Part shown: positions 43,160-55,100 of the stretch, in pieces | Numbering within the stretch: position 1 is the first letter of the stretch | How the letters are laid out: each line of letters opens with the position of its first letter | From: Caecitellus pseudoparvulus | Taxonomy: Eukaryota; Protista; Bigyra: Bicosoecida | Reading direction: 5' to 3' | Length of the DNA stretch: 64,000 nt | NCBI GenBank assembly: GCA_965644315.1 | Contig: CBFFRQ010000045.1 | Span: 1 to 64,000 of the forward strand | Made by a program: the position numbers and the translations under genes | Notes under the pieces: generated by a model | The model's database searches: none | Told to the model about the DNA's origin: nothing | The model's input: only the letters and a program-made list of their open reading frames with translations

Positions 43160-44530
43160 CTATGCGCGGACACGTTCGAGGAGAAGGCCGAGCTTAGGTT
43201 CGCGCTTCGCGTACTCTCGCGCGAACTCACCGCCTTTGCTCCGCATCTTGGCACGGACGCGTCGGAGGAGAATAGTGAGGGCCTCCTCCTGGCCGCTGGC
43301 CTCCCCACCCCGCACGAGGGCCTGAACCTTCTCGCGTAGGCCTGGACAATCCTCGAGCGCATGTGTAGCGCACCTGGAAGAACAAGCCGTGCACCAAACG
43401 AAAGTGCGCGGGTCGTCGGCACCGAGTGGGGACCCCCTTCCCGGGCCGGCCACGTCGGCCGAGCCTCGGGGGGGCCGGCGCCCGCCCCTGGTGCCCTCGG
43501 CCGGTTGTGCCTCGGACCGGCGAGGGCGGGGAGACGGTGGCGGGGGTGCCGAGTGTGCCGCCGCCCCTTCCACCGCTATTTGGTGCAGCAGAGCAGAACG
43601 AGAGCTGGGGGCGACGGGGAGAAGGAGCGCTGACTCTGTCCTGATGGAGTCGGCCCACATCGCCGCCAAGCGCGCATCCGAGTCGGGGATCCGCGAGGCG
43701 CGCTTGCTACCCGCCATCGCCACCAGGCCCTCCAATGCGATGGAGATCCAAACAATGAGCGAAAGCATCCTTCTCCAACCTCGCGTGTCCGCGAACATGA
43801 GACTGTCCGGGAGCAGCCAGACTGTGTCGAGCCATGCCCGGAGCATGTCCGCGGTGGTGCGACAGTCCAGAATCCTCCCCAGCAAGGACGCTAAGACGGA
43901 CCGGCCCTTATAGCTGCCCATCATGACGCAGCGCAGCAGGGCGCCGCGTTCACAGCCGGCCCGCAGCACTTCTGTGTCCAGGACGACACGGACGCCACCG
44001 TCCTCCCCCGCCACGAAGTCCGTGACCAGCATGAGCCCTTCGTCCATCGAAATCCCAGACGCGTCCAGGTCCGTCCCGTGTAAGGGGCGCTGTACCCAGT
44101 CTGGAAGCGTAGACAACGCGCGAGCGGGGGGGGCGGGCAGACCTGCGCATAAGAACGCACCGGTATCCATCGGGCCCGACGGCTTGGTCGGGCCGGTCCT
44201 GCAGAAGTCCAACATGCAAGCAGCTATTGGAGCGATTACCGACGCGCCCTGACGCTCCGGGAACACCCGACCCAATGCGGCGAGGAGCTGGCGCAACTCG
44301 TTGTCGTCGTCTCCGGGGTACGCGGCGACCCAGCGCCATGCGCCTAGCCTGAGCAAGACCGAATCCTGAGGGACGTCGGGAAAAGTACTCGCAATGCTGA
44401 GCGCTTCCGCCCCATCCGGCAGACCACCCGCGCCTGCCAGGGGCGGTGGCGCGACTTGGGGCGTGTCTGAGGATGCAGTGCCCCCTCCTCGACACCGGCA
44501 GCCTCCGCGGTCGGCACGGAGGCCGGTTTC
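43160..44530 (-). CDS. Gag-like ORF1b with a Cys/His knuckle
   Basis: Frame open 44530-43160; motif CTACSSRCATHALEDC; gag position within the element. Confidence 0.7.
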   Translation of the reverse strand, partial: ETGLRADRGGCRCRGGGTASSDTPQVAPPPLAGAGGLPDGAEALSIASTFPDVPQDSVLLRLGAWRWVAAYPGDDDNELRQLLAALGRVFPERQGASVIAPIAACMLDFCRTGPTKPSGPMDTGAFLCAGLPAPPARALSTLPDWVQRPLHGTDLDASGISMDEGLMLVTDFVAGEDGGVRVVLDTEVLRAGCERGALLRCVMMGSYKGRSVLASLLGRILDCRTTADMLRAWLDTVWLLPDSLMFADTRGWRRMLSLIVWISIALEGLVAMAGSKRASRIPDSDARLAAMWADSIRTESALLLPVAPSSRSALLHQIAVEGAAAHSAPPPPSPRPRRSEAQPAEGTRGGRRPPRGSADVAGPGRGSPLGADDPRTFVWCTACSSRCATHALEDCPGLREKVQALVRGGEASGQEEALTILLRRVRAKMRSKGGEFAREYAKREPKLGLLLERVRA

Positions 44531-45147
44531 TCAACTTGCACATTGGCCGGTGTGCCAGCTGACTCCCAGCCCCGCCAACCTTCCTCCCCCTCGTTCCAAG
44601 GAAAGAAGGCCGGACGTTTTGCCGCTGGTTCATCCAACCAGCCGCTATCCTTGCAGTGCTGTTCCAGGTCCTCCACAGTTACCTCCGGGGGCAGCTGGCA
44701 CGCCGTCTTCCAGGCGGCCAGCTTCTCGGGGGACCAGGTTCGCCAGCCCCGCTGGGGGTCACAAGCGAACCTGGCACAGGTCCGGACGGCCTGAGCGCGG
44801 TCCACGCCCTCCGGCAAGGTCTCGGGAGGAACCAGGAACAATGCAAGCGCCTCTTCAGGCGAGTGCGGCAGGGGGGCGGCCGAAGGCGCCGGAGCCGGCG
44901 CGCTAGCGCGCCGGCGGCTAGCCGCCCGCTCCACCGCCTCCATGAACCGCTCCTTCCCGTCCTCCCCCCCCAGGCGCCGCAGCCGATAGTGCTTCCCTAC
45001 GGAACGCACATCGGCAAGGAGCGCCGAGGTCTGGACCCAGGTCCGTATGACCTCGACCTCGTACGACGCCACCAGGCCTTTCAGGGACGAGAACCGGAGA
45101 AGGTCCTCGACCCTAGCCAGGGGGGGTAGCGGGGCAGGGGCGGCCAT
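44344..45147 (-). CDS. Gag-like ORF1a
   Basis: ATG in GCCATGG context directly after A1; overlaps ORF1b, which is in the -1 frame. Confidence 0.68.
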   Translation of the reverse strand: MAAPAPLPPLARVEDLLRFSSLKGLVASYEVEVIRTWVQTSALLADVRSVGKHYRLRRLGGEDGKERFMEAVERAASRRRASAPAPAPSAAPLPHSPEEALALFLVPPETLPEGVDRAQAVRTCARFACDPQRGWRTWSPEKLAAWKTACQLPPEVTVEDLEQHCKDSGWLDEPAAKRPAFFPWNEGEEGWRGWESAGTPANVQVEKPASVPTAEAAGVEEGALHPQTRPKSRHRPWQARVVCRMGRKRSALRVLFPTSLRIRSCSG

Positions 45148-45150
45148 GGC

Positions 45151-45319
45151 AAAAGAAAAAGGAAGCGGGCGAAGTCAGGGAGGAAGGTTAGAGGGGGCAT
45201 CGACGTGAGGGTCTGAGGATGGGAGGCGAGGTGAAGAGTGCGCCCCAGGCGACACTGCCCCGCCTCCCTCCCTGCAGAACCCCCGCTTGCCACCCCCTGC
45301 GGGGGAGGCAACAGCAGTT
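45151..45319 (-). repeat. Split direct repeat A1 (169 bp, including the GTT core)
   Basis: Matches 39527-39695. Confidence 0.95.
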
Positions 45320-46149
45320 GTCTCATCGCTTGACAATCCTTCCAGACCCGCATCTGTACCACCACCACACCCCTCCAGCATGCTTAGCAGCATGCCTGCA
45401 TCCTCGCCATCACATGCAGCCTTCCATCGACCCACCACCGACTCTCCACTGCTACCATCAGCCATGGCGTGGTGGATGCAGATTCCGCACCTGATTCCCT
45501 CTCGAAACAAACTCGCCTGCACAGCAGCACAGACAGCACCGCGCAGTATTGCGATTGAAAATGCATTCTGATGTAGTCTACAGTCTGCCGATGTCGGCGT
45601 TGATTTTGACGCAACCAAGTAAATGTCACACCTGCCTGGAATCCGATGCTACCCACCCACACAACCTGTTTTTTGCCGGTCTCCACACCCTCACCACCCC
45701 TTGCACGAAGGACCCCAATAGTCTCAGCAATGCTCCCTGCACAATGACCACAGCGCACAGACCCGCCACAGCCTCCTCCACATAAGCCGTCAACCTACCA
45801 CCGCCCAGGTCCTGCTGCAAATCGCCCGTGAGCTGCAGGGTGGGAGCCATGTGTATGACCACACGACTTGCACGGCCCGTCACTTCCCCCACCGCCTTGC
45901 CACGGTCCTACCATGGTGTCTGTGCACACTTCCCACTTTCCAGGGGTGGCGCTCACGCCACAGCCCACAAGTCGTGCAAAACTCAAGTGCATTGACTTGC
46001 TCACCTGCACAGGCCATGCCCGAGTTGACCGTGGTGGCGGCTGGCACAGTGCAGCATGAAGTGCAAACGTGCTTGGCCCCTCAGTGAGAGCTTGGAGCCT
46101 CCACATCTGAAGCCACCAGCGCTGAGCCGGTCTGTTGCCAAAGAAGTGT

Positions 46150-47199
46150 CTAGGCTGCGAAGGAAGCCCGCAGCATCAACATCGCCACACGACCCCGACG
46201 AGTGCTGGTGCCGTGCCAGACAGCATCTTTGGCAGGCTGCACAGCCACTTCCCCTGCCTCAAAGCGCTCTTGCCGTGGGACAGCTCGATGGCCTGTGAGG
46301 CCCAGCAGCTCGCGCACCACATCTACGTGGCCATTCTCACAGGCAAGTCTGAAGCCGTACTCAGGCTCACCCTCAGGCCCAGCGTGCACGTCCACCTCAC
46401 GATGCCCAGTCAGAGCCAGCAGCTCACGTACCACCTTCGCATGCCCATTCTCACAGGCAAATTGGAACCCAGCCTCTGGCGTGCCCTCGAAACCCGTATG
46501 CACGTCCACCTCACGGTGGCCGGCCAAATTCAGCAGCTCGCGAACCACATCTGCATGCCCGTTCTCACAGGCAAACTGGAAGCCATACTCAGGATAGCCA
46601 TCAAATCCAGCATGCACGTCCACCTCACGATCGCCTGTCAGAGCCAGCAGCTCGCGAACCACACCAAGGTGCCCATTCGCGCACGCGTATCGGAAGCCAG
46701 CCTCAGGCTCCCCTTCGGGTCCTGCGTGCACATCGACTTCACGATGCCCAGTCAGAGCCAGGAGCTCTCGAACAACGCCAAGTTGACCAAACTGGCAAGC
46801 CCATTGAAAGCCAACATCTGGCCCGTCCCAATCTCGATTCCCCGCATGCACATCAACTTCACGATGCCCACTCAAAGCCAGCAGCTCGCGCACCGCACCC
46901 AAATGGCCATTCTGACAGGCAAGTCGGAAGCCATACTCGGGATCTCCCGTTGGCCCAGTGTGCGCATCCACCGTCAGCTCCCCCTCCAACGCCAACAGCG
47001 CACGTAGCAGCCCAACATGCCCCGTCTTGCACGCGACCACAAAGCCAGCCGTTGTCTCATCGCTTGACAACCCTTCCAGACCCGCATCCGTACCACCACC
47101 ACACCCCTCCAGCATGCTCAGCAGCACATCTGCATCCTCGCCATCACATGCAGCCTTCCATCGACCCACCATCGACTCTCCACTGCTGCCATCAGCCAT
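46150..47199 (-). CDS. Variable ankyrin-like module protein D (349 aa; 5 modules + terminal module)
   Basis: MADGS start at 47199, same caps and modules; serves as the empty-site reference for the insertion in gene C. Confidence 0.9.
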   Translation of the reverse strand: MADGSSGESMVGRWKAACDGEDADVLLSMLEGCGGGTDAGLEGLSSDETTAGFVVACKTGHVGLLRALLALEGELTVDAHTGPTGDPEYGFRLACQNGHLGAVRELLALSGHREVDVHAGNRDWDGPDVGFQWACQFGQLGVVRELLALTGHREVDVHAGPEGEPEAGFRYACANGHLGVVRELLALTGDREVDVHAGFDGYPEYGFQFACENGHADVVRELLNLAGHREVDVHTGFEGTPEAGFQFACENGHAKVVRELLALTGHREVDVHAGPEGEPEYGFRLACENGHVDVVRELLGLTGHRAVPRQERFEAGEVAVQPAKDAVWHGTSTRRGRVAMLMLRASFAA

Positions 47200-47614
47200 G
47201 GCGTGGTGGGTCCAGTTTCCGCACCTGATTCCCTCTCCAAACAAACTCGCCTGCACAGCAGCACAGGCGGCACAGCACAGTTTTACGAAAGCGCCTGCAT
47301 CATTTTATTCAAGGGAAGCCGAAGACTTCAATGTTGCTTTTTGACGCAGCCAGCACAATCGCACACTTGCTTGGTCCGCATCGCTGCCTGGCACGCTCGC
47401 GAGCGTGCAAACGGGCTCCAACACAGTGCTCAAAAGGCGACCTGGACCAACGTTGCCCAGCAACCGATCTAAACCATGACTTTAAAGGCCGCAAGCACGC
47501 ACCAACAGACACCACGGCTCCCCAGCCGTTTCCAGCATCCCATACGCTATCTCGCTCTCCAATTCCACAAGTCACAAACTCATAGACGCAATAAAGTGAG
47601 TGTACTTGTGAAAT

Positions 47615-47687
47615 ACCTTGCTAGCTCAGTTGGTAGAGCGTACGACTCTTAATCGTACGGTCACGGGATCGAGACCCGTGTGAGGTG
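47615..47687 (+). tRNA. tRNA-Lys(CTT)
   Basis: 73-nt cloverleaf: ACCTTGC/GTGAGGT, GCTC/GAGC, TACGA-CTCTTAA-TCGTA, ACGGG-ATCGAGA-CCCGT; anticodon at 47648-47650. Confidence 0.92.
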
Positions 47688-47688
47688 C

Positions 47689-47694
47689 TTTTTT
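47689..47694 (+). terminator. Pol III terminator (T6)
   Basis: TTTTTT immediately after the tRNA. Confidence 0.8.
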
Positions 47695-47796
47695 ACATGA
47701 AAAAATCTCCCGTTTTCGCTCTAAGTACGAGCTGCACCAGCTTCATGCGCGTTTGTGTTACAAGCTGTGCACTTTCCGCATGTATTTGATCGCTTT

Positions 47797-48429
47797 TTAT
47801 GTTTTTTTGTCGCCAGTCGCTGTTCCTTCGCGCTTGTCCGGGGCAGGGGCAGGCGATCCGCTGCCACAACAGGTCGGCTGCGGAGATGCCTTCCGGCCCG
47901 CATACTGTGCGCCGAGCAGGAGGGCAGCTCCAGATATGGCGGCTGGTGCATGGAGGGAGTGTGGCACCAGGCAAGGCATAGCTGCGATGGCACATGGTAG
48001 GTGGACAGCGGCGATCACGCCCATGCCTGTGAAGCCCGCTGCAGTCAGCACGCCCTGGCCGTGAGCCTTGTGCAAGCGGGCCAGAGACCACGCCCCAAAA
48101 GGGAGCACCAGTCCGAGGCTGCTGTACATGACCACCTCGTGGGCGGCAGCTTCGAGGCCTGGCGGTGCGAGGCTGCCGAGGACTGGCAGTGCGGCTGTCA
48201 GAGCCGGCAGCACTGTGCAGTTGACAGCGCACAGGGTGGCGGCAGCGGAGGCCAGCCCATCGACCTTATCGGGGCTCGCCTGGCTGGCGAAGTTGCTGCG
48301 TTGCCTGGTGTGCGTCGGGTGCGGGAGCAATTGCTTGCCCAGCGTCCCCGGCACAGCGTGCACCAGCACACTGCGCACTCGCTGCCGTGCCGCCCCCCGC
48401 GCCAGCCTGGAAAATGAGATAGGGTTCAT
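47797..48429 (-). CDS. MerC-like membrane protein with an Arg-rich, presequence-like N-terminus
   Basis: DKVDGLASAAATLCAVNCTVLP (MerC-like CxxxC in TM1), about 4 hydrophobic helices, His residues, C-terminal CC. Confidence 0.7.
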   Translation of the reverse strand: MNPISFSRLARGAARQRVRSVLVHAVPGTLGKQLLPHPTHTRQRSNFASQASPDKVDGLASAAATLCAVNCTVLPALTAALPVLGSLAPPGLEAAAHEVVMYSSLGLVLPFGAWSLARLHKAHGQGVLTAAGFTGMGVIAAVHLPCAIAAMPCLVPHSLHAPAAISGAALLLGAQYAGRKASPQPTCCGSGSPAPAPDKREGTATGDKKT

Positions 48430-48823
48430 GCCAGTAGTGTGCTTCCGGCCTAGACCCTGACCAGTTCACCGGGCAGCCTCGTGGCTGCAGCGCTTGTATT
48501 CCCACGCACACCGCCGCCGATGCCGCACAGCACCAGACTCTTCAGCACGCGTCCCTGACAGCACCAACACCCGTTCCGTAACGTACACGCGATTCGGACC
48601 ATATGGAGAAAGTGTGAGCGGGCGTGAATTTTTATTCGTGTTGCGTTTTGTGGCGTTCACTGCACTGTGCTTGTTTGCCGACCCTCGGCGAAATGTACGC
48701 CTCCACACTTGCAAGCGCGACAATGTGCGGAGGAAAGACCGATGCCCGCAATAAAACCCACCAATGCCCCTTCACTACCTTGTCCCTCTTCTTCCCCATA
48801 TGCTCGCTTTGACAACATCCGCC

Positions 48824-51210
<2,387 letters not shown>

Positions 51211-52138
51211 GCCCTGTCCTTGGGGCTCGCATCGAACGGCAGCCAATTCACGTTCAAGTCGCTTTGGACTGCTGGCTGCGTGTCCTCCGTAGTCGGCAGA
51301 GGAGCGCTAGCAGGCGCTGCCAAAGTAAGGAGTCCTTCATCTGGTGCTGGGGGCGTTGATGGTGTGCTTTCTGAATGCGAAGTTTGTGCTGGGCCTTCAC
51401 GGTTATCATGGACAAACAGGTGCAGGTGCTGTGCCGGGCCACAGGCCAACGCGGCGCTCACTGCCAGCAGAACTGCTGCGCAGGCAACTGGACGAAGGTG
51501 TACCCTGGCAATCCGGGTGGTTGCCTCGCCCCAACCACGTTTTGGGGAGCTCTTGGGGGTGCTGGACCTGCCGTGCTTGCTGGCGGATTTTGAGACAGCA
51601 ACAGTGGCGCTCTGTGTCACTCTGCTCGAACGCAGCAGGTCTTCGGCCCTGGTAAAGAATCGCCACGGGCGGCCGGGCAAAGATTCAGCACTCTCAACTG
51701 ATGCAGACTTCCCGTGCCCTGGCTCCGTCATGGTGAGCGCTTCAGGTGGTGGGAATGGAGCCAGCGAATGACTCTGGCGGTCCGGCGCTGATGCTCCTGC
51801 GTAGCCTGCAAACGCTCAACTGCAGTGGGCTGCGACGATATTCGTGCATCAATGAAGTGTAAAGATGGGCAAGTGCTCTGCATCTTTGCCATGAACTTCA
51901 TTTTGCGTGCATTGCCTTGGCGCTTTGCAACCCAGCCACTTGGCCTTCTCCGCAGCTGGCCATGCCGGAGGTGGCACCTGAGGCCGACGCATACATCTCA
52001 AGGAATGTACAATTGCGCAACTCGCACTGGCAGGGCCACCGTGTCCCAGCTTGTCTGCACTGCCGCCTGGCACACCCTCCGGCAACTTGCCACACACTTT
52101 GCGCCAAGCCAGAGAAGCGTGCTGGCTCCACGCCCAAC

Positions 52139-55100
52139 ATGGCTGCAGGACCTGCCACGGTGGAGGACAAAGTGAAGGTTGCTGTGAGGGTTCGGCCACT
52201 GCTGGGTGCCGAGGCGGGAAGTGACGCAGCATGGCAGGTGAAGGGCAGCAGCATCGAAGGCGCGGGGCGTGGTGGGCGCTTCGAGTTCGGTGCGTGCCTT
52301 GCCGCCGGCTGGGCTGCGCTTCGCCTCATCTGCATGGGCTCGCTGCGCTGTGTTTGTAGAGCACGTGTTTGACTCTGACCAGGACACTGCCAGTGTCTTT
52401 GACGCCATCGGCTCGGAAATCGTCGACGGCACGCTTGCGGGATTTGACGGTTAGTGCCGCAACGGACGCTGACACAGGGAGGCCTGCCACACGAAACGGG
52501 GCGCGACGCCGCAGGCACAATCTTTGCATATGGCCAGACAGCATCTGGCAAGACGCACACTATGATGGGTGCGTGGCGGCATCGCCTCTGTGTCGCTGCA
52601 CGCCGAGCACTCACCACCACACACGCGTCCCGCCACGGCAGGTGACGAGGGGTGCCCAGGCATCATCCCTCACGCAGTGCGGCGCATCATGCAGGCCATC
52701 CAAGCCGACGCGGACCGCATGTTCCTTGTGCGGTGCTCCTTCCTCGAGCTGTACAACGAGGAGCTGCGGGACTTGGCCCAGGAAGGCACGCCTTCCGTGC
52801 GCCTGCGCATCCATCCCAAGGTGAGGCGGCCGCCGGCCCTGCGCTGCCACCGCGCGCCACGTCCACGCCACCCGCATCGCCGCAGACAGGAGTCTTTGTG
52901 GACGGCGCACAGTGGGTGTCAGTGCGCAGTGAGCAGGAGGTGCTGGCCCTGGTGCAGGCTTGCTCGGCTCGCCGGGCTGTCGCTGCGACAGACATGAACG
53001 CGCGATCCAGCCGCAGCCACAGCATCCTGACACTAGAAGTGTCCAGCTCCCTCCAGCACGACGCAGCAGGCACGGGGGGCACCCTCTTCGCCAAGCTGAA
53101 CCTGGTGGACTTGGCGGGGTCGGAGTCTGTGCGGGTGACAGGGGCAGCTGGCGCCCGCCTGAAGGAGGGTGCCGCCATCAACCGCTCCCTGCTCACCCTC
53201 AGCCGCATCATCAGCATGGTGTCCACGGGCGCCACGTCAGGCTTCATCCCCTTCCGCGAGAGCCGCCTGACGCACCTGCTGGAGCCCTCCCTGCGAGGCC
53301 AGTGCCGCACCGCCGTCATCTGCTGCATGTCCCCTGCGCCGGCGTACGTGGAGGAGAGTCGCAGCACGCTGCAGTTCGCGACGTCCGCCAAGGCCATCAC
53401 GACGCGGGCGACGCGCACGGAGGTGGTGGACGACTCCACCCGCATCGCACGCATGGCCAAGGAGATCGCTGCGCTCAAGTCCCAGCTGGCGGCAGCCACC
53501 AGCGACTCCGCCAGCACTGGCACCGGCGGCGGCCACAACGAAGAACAGAAGCACCGCCTGGCCACCCTGCTGCAGGAGTTGATTGTGGGAGGCGGCACGC
53601 ACGCCGCCAGTGCTGGTGGGGCACCTCCCCTGCAGCCCGCCACGGCCCGTGGTCGCACCGTGCTGGATGTGGCTCGTCTGAACCAGCGAGGGCGGGTGGG
53701 TCGCGCACGAGAGACATGGTGCCCCTCCATGGCCTCTGACAGTGCTGCTGTCGCTGCGCTGGAGGCGTTCCGGGCGCCGGCACGACAGGCTGGCGGCAGC
53801 CCCGCCCACACGTCATTCCACAGTGGCAGCTCCCCACTGCACTCGCCCGGCGTGCGAAGCAGCGTCAGTGCATCACGCCTGAGCAGTGGCGGGTGCAGCA
53901 CTGCCAGTGGCATGAGCAGCGCCAGCACCGCCTCCGCGGGGACTGTGGATGAGGACGGCGCACTGCAGATGGAGCTGCACACGGCACGTGCAGAGGCTGC
54001 GGCGCTGCGTGCTGAGGCTGCCGCCACAGCTGAGCACCTGGAGCGTCTGCTGGCGGCAGAGGAGGAGGCGGAAGACACCATCCAAGAGCTGAAGCGCAGC
54101 CTGCTGGCGGCGGAGACAGCGGCGGAGGGCGCTGGTGAGCTGCGTGAGGCGTTGGACGTCGCCCTGGGCCGCGCGGAGGCGGCAGAGGCGGCCAGTGCAG
54201 CCCTGCAGCAACAAGTGGCCACTGCTGCAGCGAGCGTGGAGGCGGCGGAGGAGGAGGCAGATGCCTGGCGCCGCCGGGCAGAGGCCGCTGAGAGCGCTGC
54301 AGCTCGGCGTGTGGAGGACAGCGCCGCGACAGCTGCTGCGCACCGCCGGCGTGTGGCGGAGCTGGAGCAGCAGGTGGCCGCCCTGTCTGATGCGTTGAGC
54401 ACGTCCCAGGCCAGCCTGTCCACGGCGCAGGCGCGTGTGGCGAAGCTGGACAAGGTGAAGATGACGCGAGCACACCTGGACACCATGGCCCGGCTCAAGG
54501 CTGACAAGCAGCGGTACAAAGCACTTGCCAAGCAATTGCAGGAGCAGCTGGAGGACGCCGCGGCGGGTGCCGCAGCGTCCCCTGATGTGGCGGCCTTGCA
54601 AGCGCAGACGGCAGCGGCAGAGGAGGCTGGCGCAGCGGCGGCGGCAGAGGCGGAAGCAGCAGCAGAGGAGGCTGCCGCGGCAGCACGCCGGGCGGACGCC
54701 GCCACTGCGGAAGCGGCTGCGGTGCGGGGCGAGATGGAGAGCCAGACAGCTGCCCTGGCGGCACTGCAGGTGGAGGTGGCAGCTCTGGTGGCGGCGGCAG
54801 GGGGCGCTGCACAGCACGGCCTGGACACGGGGGGACTGCCCCAGGATGCCGCCACCAGCGTGGACAGTGCCACACGCGGCGTGCGCGCCGCCTCTGCGCT
54901 GTGTGGCGCCCTGCTCAAGCGCCTGCAGGACGCCGCTGCGGAGAAAGACAGCAACACGGCACGCCTGGTGCGCCTGGCTCAGGCTGGGCGAGCAGCGGAT
55001 GCAGCGGTGGAGGCGGCTCAGGCGCGTGCGAAGGAGGCGGCTGCCGAGGCGGAACAGGCACGAGCCACTGCTGCAGACCTGACGCAGCAGCTCGCGGACA

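Larger units (their letters stand above)
39345..45319 (-). mobile_element. Tyrosine-recombinase (DIRS order) retrotransposon with split direct repeats, Ngaro/PAT-like, 5975 bp
   Basis: Order on the - strand: A1, gag-like, RT/RNase H, YR, B1, A2, B2. Repeats look identical by eye. GTT occurs at both host junctions and at the internal B1/A2 junction. No integrase, protease or methyltransferase seen. Confidence 0.95.
38333..45465 (-). pseudogene. Variable ankyrin-like module gene C, split by the YR retrotransposon (45465-45320 + 39344-38333; 385 aa if rejoined)
   Basis: 146 + 1012 = 1158 nt, one open frame colinear with paralogue D (...SSDET|TAGFVVACKTG...). Confidence 0.92.

Noticed and set aside
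32825-47199. Diversity-generating retroelement (an RT next to variable repeat genes)
   Set aside because: The RT is a DIRS-order RT/RNase H inside a self-contained element that disrupts one gene. No template/variable repeat pair was seen, and module differences are not adenine-specific.
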